A DNA stretch of 64,000 nt from Oikopleura dioica (Eukaryota; Animalia; Chordata), in NCBI GenBank assembly GCA_907165135.1, contig OU015568.1, positions 14,136,001 to 14,200,000 of the forward strand, written 5' to 3'. Under the pieces are notes generated by a model. That model was given only the letters and a program-made list of their open reading frames with translations, was not told where the DNA came from and ran no database searches. Within the stretch, counting starts at the first letter, position 1. The number at the start of each line of letters is the position of its first letter. Both the position numbers and the translations under genes were made by a program. Positions 34,904 through 46,723 of this stretch are shown here, in pieces.

Positions 34904-36649
34904 ATGAGAATGGATCTCGAAACGGAACAAAACGAGAAGAAGAAATCCTTCAGCTACGGCGAAATCTTCCGTCAAGATGGAGGCTCAATTTTGCTCCTTC
35001 TTCTTCTTTACGTTCTTCAAGGTGTTCCACTTGGACTTGCTGGCAGTATTCCCATGCTTTTGCAAGCTCGAGGCGTTTCGTACAACGATCAGGCCCTCTT
35101 TAGGTGAATTTCTTTCAAGGAAAAAGCTCCTCGAACAATTCTTCTTCAGTTTCGTTTTCTGGCCATTTTCGTTGAAGCTAATCTGGGCACCACTGGTCGA
35201 TGGAGCGTTTTTTGCTTCGTTTGGGCGAAGAAAATCTTGGTTAATTCCGGTTCAGTTTTCTTTAGCGATCATTATGTACTGGCTCTCTTTCGTGTAAGTC
35301 CTTATCTCAAGTCTTTCTTTCGAAATATGCGTTTTTAGCGTCGATGATCTCCTGGAAAACGGAAACGTTTTCAACCTCACTGCCGCTTTCTTTTTCCTCA
35401 ATTTCTTCGCCGCGACGCAAGACATCGCCGTCGATGGCTGGGCCCTAACGATGCTCTCGAAAGAAAACAGAAATTTGGCTTCGACTTGCAATAGCGTCGG
35501 TCAAACCGCTGGGTATTTTGCTGGATACGTCATCTTTCTCGGTAAATTTTCGTTTTAAAAAAGTGGGTTAAAATTACTTTCTAGCGCTGGAATCTCCTGA
35601 CTTTGCGAATGCTTATTTCCGAAGCGAACCGCTTGATACTGGACTGTGCACTCTCCCGCAATATCTGTATTTCTGGGTACAGTCCAAGTTGTTACAGGAA
35701 CTGCCTTATCATTTAAATTATTTAGGCGATCGTTTTTGTGATCACTACAACTTTCTTGATCTTCAAAGAAGAAAAGCCAGAAGACGAGAAAATTGACGGT
35801 GTCATGGAAACTTACAAGGTTGGTAAACCTTTTCTCTGGCGAAATTTAACTTTATTCAGCTTTTGAAAACTGTGCTCAAGTTGGACATCGTCAAACAATG
35901 GGTGATGATCATCCTCACTTGTAAAATCGCCTTCGCGGCTGTTGATGGTGTAACAACGTTGAAAATTCTCGATGCAGGCGTTCCGAAAGAAAAGCTGGCA
36001 ATGTTGGCGGTCCCAATGACGCCAGTGCAGATCATTTTACCGATCTTTTTGACTCCACTGACGAATGGATCCAAGCCTCTCAAATTGTGGATCAATTCGT
36101 ATTTGCCGCGAGTTCTGATCGGACTTGGAATGACTGCGTTTGTTTTCTACACACCTGCCATTCTCAAGGTACGGATTTCATGATGTTCTCGATTCAAATA
36201 ATTTTTATTTAATTAATCTTTCAGGGACAAGAGCCCGGCCTTGGCTACCTAGCCGCGCTAATGGGAATTTCTATTCTTCATCAGCTCACGATGCACTGTA
36301 TGTTCGTTTCGATCATGTCTTTTCACGCTCGAGTTTCGGACCCTTCTATTGGCGGTACTTACATGACTCTGTTGAATACTGTTTCAAATATGGGCGGAAA
36401 CTGGCCCGTTTACTTTGCTCTTCGAGCAGGTATGTTTTATTTTTTGGTAATGAATAATTTTAATTAACGCATTTTCTAGTTGAACCACTTTCCTCCATCG
36501 GTCTTGGCGATGGCTACTACATCGAAAGCTCCTTATTGGCGATTTTCGGCGTCTTCTGGTTCAGCATAGCAAAACCAAAGCTGGAGAAGCTCGAGAGTCT
36601 CGACCCAGCTGTTTGGGCTGTGCCTAAAGCTGTCCAGAAGTCAGACTAA
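34904..36649 (+). CDS. SLC33A1: Acetyl-CoA transporter 1 (MFS)
   Basis: LYVLQGVPLGL, FWPFSLKLIWAPLVD, GRRKSWLIPVQ, AATQDIAVDGWALTMLS, DPSIGGTYMTLLNTVSNMGGNWP; ends ...VQKSD* at 36649. Confidence 0.95.
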
Positions 36650-37019
36650 AACTCAACCGAATCTTCCATTTCGAAGACCTGCTATCAGTGACATTATCAT
36701 TAGAATTTACGAGCAACCACCAAAAGCGTGTGATCTCATTTTTAGGCATTCATACTTTTATTATGAACCTCTTTTATTTAAAATTTCAATTTGTGCAATA
36801 TCAATATTTTTGTTTCGTATGCATCTTCTGTTCCATTTTTAAATACGAACCAACCTGTTGACTTCATTCTTTTAGCTCGAAAAAATAAGCTGTAAGAAGC
36901 TGGTTTTTGAGTATCTGTGTATAATTTATTGAAGCAAATTGTCTTGGATTGAAGCAAGAAATTCTTGCTATATTGAGGTAAAATAATAATAATTAATGGG
37001 ACAGTGATTGATAGACATG

Positions 37020-38547
37020 CTACATTATTGAGCATTTGAGCCGGTCGCCTGGATAGTACGATGTAAAGACTTTCTTGTCATACCCGGATATGACGTAGCT
37101 ATTCGGCTTCTTCTTGTACATGTAATGTACTGTATGAAGAGGGGTCTTCCGCACTTCGAATTTCTAAAAAATAGATGAGAAAAAGCAGACAAAGAAAATT
37201 CTACCTGGCGATGTATTTTGAGCTTATCTGCTTTCGCTTTACTCTTAATTTTCTTCGATAAACCCTTCATCACGAAATTAACATCGTCGGGAAAGTTGCT
37301 CGGGTTGCAAAGCTCATTCGAAGAGTTGAAATCAAGATCAAGAACCTTTTTACTTTTTCGGGAATAAACCCACTTTACGGGAACGGGCGCGTCTCCTATC
37401 ATTTCGTAGTCCTTTATCGTCAACCTTTTTTCAACAATTATGCAAGTTCAATAAGCCAAAACTGAGTTTTACCAATCGATAACAATTTCTTCAAATTGCT
37501 TGACTTTGCCTCGTTGATCACACTTGTCGCAGCGCACATGACCGTCGCCGCCGCACATTGTGCATCTTTAATGAAAAGAAATAACGTTAATTACAGTCGT
37601 GTTAATTGCTTCAAACGTTTCGGTGCCGCGGCCGCCGCAGATCATGCAGCAAATATTCGCTTGGACTTGAATGCTTCCCATTCCATTGTTGCCCATTATG
37701 TGTCGAGCTTCTTGGCGAGTTCCGGAGACGATTCCCTCGGCGTTGCAATTCCAGCAGTCCTTTTATTGTTAATCAAATTGACTATCTATCGAAATTTCTC
37801 GAAGTTTTCAAAACACTCCTTGTGGCCAGCTCCGGAGCAATGAATACACTGTAGTCTCGTAATACCCTTCAAGATTAAAAAATCGAAAGTTTCTAAAACC
37901 TAAAAACCTCGCATTCATCACATCCAACTATTTTCTCAGTGCCAGGGTTCACAATCCGTCGCGTTATTTCAAAGTCCGGGTAGAATTTCGGAACATCAAC
38001 ATGGACATCCCACATGGAAGCTGGGGGTAATTCGTCGTTGTCTTCAATTTGCTTGGCTTCGAGATCGGATTCGATGGCTTCATGGACGACTCGTTTTTGG
38101 CGACTAATGAATGTTTTGAAAACGGATCAAAATTAAACTTTTTCTCGGTAAAATTTTTCACCAAGTTCACTTGCTTACCGTTCTACGAGAGTAAACAGCT
38201 CAACAGTGAGCGCCACAGAAGGCTGAATTTGGTCCGTTATTCCCGTCTTAGCCGGCTTTGTTCCGTAGAATAGCTTTTTCTTCGCAAACTTGACAAAGAG
38301 CTTCTTCGCTTCTTCAGAGTCAATGGATTCAGTCTTGTACACTCGCTGCCAAAAGCTAGCGGGATCCTCGGCTGACAAACTCCGACGGCTAAAGTGGGCT
38401 TATCTCATCTTATCGCCAGGATACTGTGTATGTATTTGATTGACTTACCGTCCACTGGGACGCTCTCGAGGTCGATATGCAGGAGGAACAGTGCCGTCGG
38501 AGATAATTTCTTGATTGACGATTGAAGATCGACGCTCGTAGTTTGCT
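37020..38547 (-). CDS. SSUH2: SSUH2-like protein with DnaJ-type CxxCxGxG zinc-finger repeats (start not resolved)
   Basis: SEEAKKLF...ELFTLVER; SMWDVHVDVPKF; repeats CDECEG, CIHCSGAG|DCWNCNAEG, CMICGGRG, CTMCGGDG; C-terminus TVHYMYKKK...SGYDKKVFTSYYPGDRLKCSIM* resembles SSUH2. Confidence 0.75.
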
Positions 38548-41379
38548 CTAAAATAGAATACACTTATTAGATTTAGTCCTAATAGATCGAAGATAGTTTC
38601 GAAACAAATCGTTTCTCCATTTCCTGCGTCGCAAAATAAGCCAAAAAGGATGGGTTGTTATATTTCTGAAACACTCTTCCGGCCCCTTTTTTTTGACAAA
38701 ACAGTGGAAAAAGAAAACGGCTTTGATCATTATTTTATATTTGATTGATATAAATCCCTTCTTGGGTGAATATTTTTCTCTGAAAACCTCAGGTGATCCG
38801 TGTAAGGCGGTGGAATGAAAGGAGCAGAAGGGATGACTTTCTCATCGCTACTCGCTCGCTGGATCATAAAATGTCTCGCTCTTCTATTTCCGTCTGGAGC
38901 CATATTCTCTGTTTTTCTTTTCTGAAATGAAAACTTATTTTTTTCTTTATTTTTTTTTCTGCAGAGGCTTGTATAGGTCTGCAGACACGTATAATCTGGA
39001 TTTGAATTATTTATCTAATATAGCGCTCTTTGTGTGGCAGCCTGCATCGATTTCCTCAAAGTATCTCCAAGGCCAATATCGGCATATCCCAAAGGGCTCA
39101 TTTTTGCTTATCAAAAAGTCTGGCGCTATTACTGTAGAAGTTCTGGTGGATTATCTCTTTTTGGATCAAAGATTCAATAACGGGTTTTCGAATTTTTCTG
39201 AACCTGAGTTCTCGACGATATTGATTTTTTCTCGCGAGATAAGTCTCTATGTATATTTACGATTGATCGAGGATCAATTAAAAAAGCTGAAAATTTAATT
39301 AACTCGCCAATCTTTCTTTACATCTGACTATTTTGGTCCATTGGACGCAGCGACAATTTCGTGGCTTAGCTACTATAAAGGGCGCACCTTGTTAGGGCGC
39401 CGACTTCACAAAAAAAATTAAAATTTCACTCGGCTACTGTTAGGTGATAATGCACCAGTGTCCAATTTGCCCAATTTCACTTTCATGGGCGACTTTTCAA
39501 TGTCGACAGTTACTGACGAGATTTCTCTCTATTTTGTTATTTATGTCAAAAAAAAACTTACAAAATAAAGCTTCTTCGTTATTCAATCTCTAAAATCAAG
39601 TTCCTCTTTCTTTTTCTGCTGATAATATTCGTTCTTATTGCAGTTTTAACGCTGTTTTCACAAAGAGCTGTTTTTGAATTGGGTTGACATTGAATCCCCT
39701 CTGAATAGGGATCCCTCTGCTCGGTAGGAAAGCGACGCTAATCTCTTGCGTTTTATTTTTGAAAGATTATTTCTCCTAGGAATACAACTAAAATCGATGG
39801 GGACATTACTTCGTTAGTTTTTTGATTGAGCTGGCTAACAAGGTCGACACCAGTTTTGCAGCGTTTTCTTCCTTTTCTTCTTACCAAAATATTGATTCTC
39901 TCCGAACAAGTGTGGATGCAAATTAGATAAACGGGATGATAACTGTCAGCTCAGAGCGACGAAATCTGAAAACCATAAGGCTGATAAAAGATAAATAGAA
40001 TACTATTTTTTTTTCATGCTCTCCTATGACAAACTCTAAATATATTGACCCAATAGTTCATTCTAACTGACAGTCAGGCGCAAGAAACAATCGCATTCAG
40101 CTGGTGCTCTAATCAGAGGCAAACACTCAACTCAGAATAGAAAAATGACGGCATTTCTAGGAATAACAATGCACTTTTTATTTTCAGAGTCTTTTTCACA
40201 GATGAAGAGTTTTGTAAAGAATCATTTTTATGACTGAGATTTTCTCCGAGACGGTAGGATTTGTTGATGTAGTCAGACGTTACTTATTGAAGTCAGTGAT
40301 CATTCTCTCACTTCAGATTCTGAAGTTCAGTAGAGGTTTTCTATTTGTTAGAGGCGGAGGGAGAGGAGAAGAATGGCTTCGAGGGAAAAATTACCTGTTA
40401 GACAATCGAAATCGGACTCAAATTGGGATGAGTGCGCGGAAAGAGTTGACGCGCTCGACGTCGTTTTGTCGCTGCGCACTCTTCGAAAAGGCCTTCTTTT
40501 CCGGATGGCATTCACAAGATGGCGCTTTGTGAAATAGTCAAGCGCATTCTTTGCCTTGACGTCAAAGTAATTTGAAAGTTTGCTCGAAATTGTCTTCTTT
40601 ACCCAAAATCAGTGACTAGTAGTGGCACCGCGCAAAAGTTTATGGAACGTGGTCATTTGCCCACTGTCGTAAAATCCTTTATCTTCTGCCAAAATATGAA
40701 ATTTTTGGAATCCGCTTTGCTTGCTGAAGTAAGCAGTAATCAAACAGAAGTGGCACAGTGACTGACAGGCCTTTTCCACTGGTGCTTATGATTTTTTGAA
40801 ATCGAGTGCTATTTCTAGCACAAAAATAATAAAAGACTTCAACAATTTACTGTCCACTGCAGCCTGTATTTGCATACTCGAAGATTACTGCATAGATTAT
40901 GCAGCAAGATCATGATCAATATAGGCGTTTTTGTCGATAGATCTCCCGAAATAACACTCATTTTCGTCGACATAACTTATGTCACATAAGGATGATATCA
41001 TCGATGCTCCCTATTAATTACTGATAAGCTATCATCTACAAAACGCTGCATAAATTTCAAGTCTCCTAATCTTCTGGGTTCTGGAAGGTGAGGAGTCCAA
41101 ATCGTCAAAAGTCTTGGAGAATGGATCTGTTATTTGTCGGATAGAAACTGATGAACTCTAGTTTCAAATAAAGATAAGAATTAAAAAGCATAAGAATCCA
41201 GCAAAGTTGACCAATTCTTAATCCAAGGTCAATTGAAACAGATTGGTATTGGCGTGGTGCAGTTATTTGGATTTGCCAAATAACGAGTACTTGTAAACAC
41301 TGAGCATTCCACTCTTGATTCCTTCCTCTGCTTGGCAGTCTCGTACTGACGCACTCGCAGTAGGAACTCGTCCCAAAAA

Positions 41380-44300
41380 ATGGGAAGCAAAAAAGATGAA
41401 GAGGTGGCAGAAGTCACCGCTAACGGAAATGAAGAGGCCGTCGAGGAGAAGACTCCATATCCCTACTATGTTTTCTTCATCCTCGGAAATGAGTTTTGCG
41501 AGAGATATGCCTACTATGGAATGCGTTCAATTCTCGTCATCTTTTTGGTAAGTTTTGATAGCAAGGAAGAGAACAAGAGTGAATTTACAACGCCCCTTTT
41601 TTAATTTTTAAGACGAACCACAAAAAAGTTTACACCATGATAAGACAGGCTACTAAATGACCTTGCGTGTTGCAAATATTTTATAGAGCCAACGTAGACA
41701 CGAGCCAAGCCCGGTCATGCGTGGCACCTTAGATGATACATTTTAAAAACCGCTGTCGGTGAGAATTCTGAGCAATACTTCTACCGCAGAGTTAAATATT
41801 GAGAAGCACACATTGTCGTGCATTTTGTGAGTTGCAATTTTTTGAAAGATTTATTTGCTTCACCCATCCGAACTGCCTCATTTGACTTTAATTGATTTTG
41901 AACACGACCTTGATGTTCAGTTTTTTATAAAAATTTATTTGAACAGATATGTGAACTCCAATTTAAGCTTGAGGCTTCACAGGATCTTGAAGTTTGTCGG
42001 CAAGATCAATGCACTCTTGAACCATGACGGTCGTGTTGTGAGATTTCCACACGCTAAGGAGTTTTTTCACGTCCTGGAGGGTGAACGGATTTTCTTTGTT
42101 AGTCGCGTCCTTTTCTTCTATTTGGGGAATGATAAATTTTAAATATATGATACTTTTTTACATGACAGAGGCTCTACTGCGATGAGTCCTTTTCGAAATA
42201 GACTACTGATTTCAAACCCCTGCCTAAGCTTTTTTCCACAAGAGCTCTCAATTCCGTCAACTTGTTTGGCGTGTTTGCTAACTTTTTGACCTCGTTGAGC
42301 ACCGCATCTTTTTCGGCTTTCATCGTTTTGATCAAAATGTCCTTGTCCTCGATTTCTGAATTTTACTCTTAGAAAAAAACAATCCCATTATATATTTTTA
42401 CCTTCTTCGAGCATCTTATTTATCTCTTTGAGAGATTGACGATCTCTTTCAAAGAAATCATGCATTTCGTCCGCATTGATACAGGGATTCAAACAACCCC
42501 GGGCGGGTTGAAAAGCGGCGAAAAGGAGAAAAGTTTTGAGCAGCATCTCTAAGGCTTTGATTTTGTTAATTTTTCTCCGTGAAATTTGTTTATATGGAAG
42601 ACTCTTAGTGTGGAAGGGAAAAGTGACTTGCTTATAAATCCTCTATCGGGTTATTGAACTGTGGGCGGCCTCTCCCACGGCTGCATTCACGTAATGTTCT
42701 TTGATAAGCATTCGCCAACTGAGAAATTCTCCTGCTTAGCCTGCAACCAACGCATATTTACTGTCCTTTAGACATATTTCCTCGGTTTCGACAAGGACAC
42801 CGCTACAGTCATCTACCACGTTTTCGCCGCTCTATGCTACTTCTTCCCTCTTATCGGTGGTATTATTGCCGATTCCTACTGGGGAAAAGTCAACACGATC
42901 GTATACATCTCTTTTGTTTATTTCCTCGGTATGGTGCTTATGACAGTTTCCGCTGTTCCTCAAATCAACGGCGGCCAAGATGTTCCTGGAACAATCAATT
43001 CTGTCTTGGCTCTTATTGCTCTTTTCGTCATTGCTGTTGGAACTGGTGGTATCAAACCCTGCGTCAGTGCTCTTGGAGGTGATCAGTTCGCTGAAAACGA
43101 AACCGGCAAAAAGCAACTTTCAAATTTCTTCGCGCTTTTCTACGGCTCCATCAATGCTGGTTCCCTCCTTTCAACTTTTATCTCTCCAATTCTCCGAGAA
43201 GTTGAGTGTCTAGGACGACCCGATTGCTATGCTATTGCTTTCCTCATTCCCGCCATCTTGATGTTGGTCGCCATCGGAGCCTTCCTCTTTGGAAAGTCAA
43301 AGTACAAGGAAAAGCCAGTCTCTGGAAACATCTTCACTGAGTTTTGCGGTGCCACCTGGTCCGGTCTCCGAGGCCGATGCAAAGCAGATACTAAGGACAA
43401 AGAACATTTCTTGGACTACGCTGATACAGAAAAATTCTCGCTGAAGCGATTGACAGAGTTCAAATATGTCTACCCAATCATTGTGATGTACCTTCCAATG
43501 CCATTCTTCTGGGCTCTGTTTGACATGCAAGGCTCCCGATTCGTCTTGACTGCGACCCAAATGAATGGTGTTTTCGGCGGAGTTACGATCAAACCCGATC
43601 AAATGCAGATCATGAATCCAGTTCTCATTCTCCTGTTCCTTCCACTCTTCCAGGTATGTCAACAACAGTGGCTTCGAGACAAGATTTTTATGGCCCAGAA
43701 AGTCCGATTGCCAACAAATATTTAAACAAATCTTAACGTTAGCAAACATGACTTGAGTGCCAGAGTCCAAGAGTTTGATAATTAGTAGCTTTATTTAACT
43801 TTACGCAATGCTTTATTTTAGAGCCTGATCTACCCATGCTTCGACAAAATTGGATTCAAAATGACTGCCCTCAGAAAAATGTCTGGCGGTCAGCTCATTA
43901 CTGCTCTTGCATTTGTTGTGGCTGGCTTCGTTCAACTCAGCGTAAGTTCCAGCTTATTCAGCAAGAGTTGTAAAAAATGATAGATTGACTCCGAACTAAC
44001 TCCCATTCCATCATACGGTGATCAAACCGCGATGTTTGTGATCAACGGACTGCCAGACAAGGAACTCACCGTCGAGTCGAATTACTGGGTCGGAGCTAAT
44101 GTAAGACAAGAATCAATTTATTTCTAAATTGACGCTTTTTCAAGATCAAAGTTGATGACGAAAGTGCACAAACACAAGTTAAAAAAATGAATCTGAAATC
44201 CATCAATCAAAAAGTCTTTACCCAAATCACCGATCAACAGGACTACAACGCCAGCAATACTTACTTCCGAACACCAAGCAATGATTGGATTCAGCCAGAT

Positions 44301-45562
44301 TATCCTGAGAATGATCAAGAGCGAGAGTTAAAAATAAGCTCTCCAGGCCTTCAAGGTACCACGGTTCCAATTGATATTCATGAACACGGCACGAAGGGTG
44401 TCTTCTGCTACGAAGAGAAAGGAAATCTCGAATGCGAACAGGTAATAACAAATTGTTATACGAATCAAAAAAGTCATATCAATGTTTAGTACGATTCACC
44501 AGTGGAAAAATCTGGATCAAACCGAGTTAGAACAGCGCTTGTCAACCCAACCGAGTTCTATACTCTTTTCGAAGTATTCAATGGAGACAATGAGTCGATT
44601 CTTACCAACAAGACAGTTGTCATTTCTCCACGAAAAGCATCCACTTCAGACAGCACCGAATTTGAACGAGGTCATTTATAAGCTTATAATAAGGTACAAT
44701 AACAAATTTAATTCTAGGCGTTGTGAAAATTAAAGCCAGCATGTGGGACAAAGAACCAGAGAAAGATGCAGACGGCAACTGGATCCTTCCTGACGCGACC
44801 AGAGAATGTGAAACAAAATGGATCACATCTTGTAAGTCAATCTTATCTTTCCGTTTCTCAAACTATATTTTCAGCCAATCCCAACGGTGAAGATCAGTAT
44901 AATAAGGATGACTTCCTATTTGGACCTGGAAGTATCTGGACATTTTCTGTCGTCACGGACAAAAACGATAAGAATGGTTGCCAAATCAGAATCAGTCGCG
45001 ATTCCAAGCAAAACACCATGAACATCTTCTGGCTCATCCCTCAATACATCGTCATCACTGTCGCCGAGGTTCGTTCGAATAATCTTATTCATCTGTTGAC
45101 GACAATTTCAAGGTCATGAACTCTGTGACCGGTCTCGAGTTCGCTTACACCCAGTCGCCCAAGTCAATGAAATCAGTCCTTCAATCATTTTGGTTGCTTA
45201 CAACTTGCTTTGGAAATATTCTCGATGTATTCTTTGTCGAAATTTCTATGCACCCAACTCAGGTACAGCATTACTGGGCTTATTCTGCCACTATAAGTGA
45301 GTTCATTATTTATTAATATTTTAAGTCTGGAGAATATTTTATTCTGGCGGCGATTATGGTAGGCGCCGCGCTTGTCTTCGTCGGATTGTCGGTCTTTTAC
45401 TACGAATACGTGCCCGAGGGAACTTTCGACGAGGATGAGAATGAGCAAGATGGAAAGAACAACGAAGCCTTCGACAAAGACGAAGCCGTAGAAATGGACG
45501 ATGTCAAGCTTGAAAAAGAAAAAGAAGCGTTCGAGGACGACAACGAAACCGCTGATTTCTAA
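41380..45562 (+). CDS. SLC15A: Proton-coupled oligopeptide transporter (PEPT1/PEPT2-like)
   Basis: NEFCERYAYYGMR (ExxERFxYY), GGIIADSYWGK, GTGGIKPCVSALGGDQF, FYGSINAGSL, FWALFDMQGSR, PQYIVITVAEV, GLEFAYTQSPKSMKS; large extracellular domain; intron 1 spans 41548-42771. Confidence 0.96.
41963..42546 (-). CDS. Small secreted helical protein nested antisense in SLC15A intron 1
   Basis: MLLKTFLLFAAFQPARGCLNPCINADEMHDFF... (signal peptide), GT-AG intron, E/K-rich exon 2, last exon ...DKLQDPVKPQA*; TATAAGCA near 42630 and AATAAA near 41935. The middle splice junction is uncertain. Confidence 0.65.
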
Positions 45563-46502
45563 TTTATGCTGCCACCTCTTTATGTTTCAAGCTGTAGTAT
45601 TTATTAATTAAAGAAAGTTTAAAATAAAGTTCACTAACGTCCAAACGGGCAGAGTAGATTTGAAATCAACGAGGAGCAGCTCTTCCTGATCTCCTTAGCA
45701 GACTTTCGATCCGTGCTCTGTGCATATATTGCATCCTGCTTTGAGATTTTCTGGTCTTTGCTAACTGCAGGTGGCGATGTAGTTGGGCGCAGAAGGTTTG
45801 ATCTGGCTTCGGTGCTGAGCTTAGCCACAAAAAGCCGCCGGGCATCGATCAAATACAGGCGTTGCAGAATTATCAGACTGTACATTGCACTGCCTCTCTG
45901 CAAGGGCAATCCGCAATAAAGTTTATTGAATTACTTACAAGCGAAATTAATTACAGACATTGCGGCGGGGCACCATATGGTGATCGAATTCCTTATTAAT
46001 TGGCCCAGTGTTATAAAAATTGATGTATCCTGCGATTTACAAGCAAAGTGCTTATTATATAACAGATGCTGCAGGGGTGTTAAAACGATCAATTTCATTA
46101 ATATCTAGGTCAGGTACAAATCAAAAAAAGCTTTGCAAGTTCAGAAAAAGAATCAGTTTCAAAGAGACTTATAAACAACTCCAGACCAGTTGATGAGACA
46201 TAATCAGGTTTTTTTTTAATTATGGCGAGGGAGAGTCAGATTAGCTCGTCGATGTCTTCCGCCCAGAGATAATGCAGATTTTGCTTTTTTGGACAGAAGC
46301 TTTTTATGAAAACGCCAGTGTTGAATTTCCCCCTCGACGAAATCGCCTGGCTACGCATTTCCTGCTCGTTATTCATGTTTGTCAACTTTTTTTTTAAATA
46401 GAGAATATGTTTTGAAAATGACTAAGATTGTTATACGCACTGTAATAATGCCATTATTGTCTACCCATCGGGGGCAATATTGGAAGAATCTTCATTTATC
46501 AG

Positions 46503-46723
46503 TTAACCCTGCCCCGCCAAATGCAATTTTTGGAACCGTTTTTCGTGGTCTTCAACTAAGGTTGAACTTTAACTCTCAGAGTATGTTATGGATACCGATG
46601 AGTTCTTTTGAATAAGGGGTCATTTGAAGAAAATAATATCGTGTAGAAGATATAATGAATGATTGAAAATTCGAAAAATCGAAAAATGCACCTCCTGAGG
46701 TGCATTTGGCGGGGCAGGGTTAA
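46503..46723. mobile_element. piggyBac-type MITE (213 bp plus TTAA target-site duplication)
   Basis: Perfect 19-bp TIRs CCCTGCCCCGCCAAATGCA (46507-46525) and its reverse complement (46701-46719), each flanked by TTAA. Confidence 0.88.

Noticed and set aside
45634-45909. Minus-strand ORF convergent on SLC15A
   Set aside because: No upstream exons or family motif found; several frames are equally plausible.
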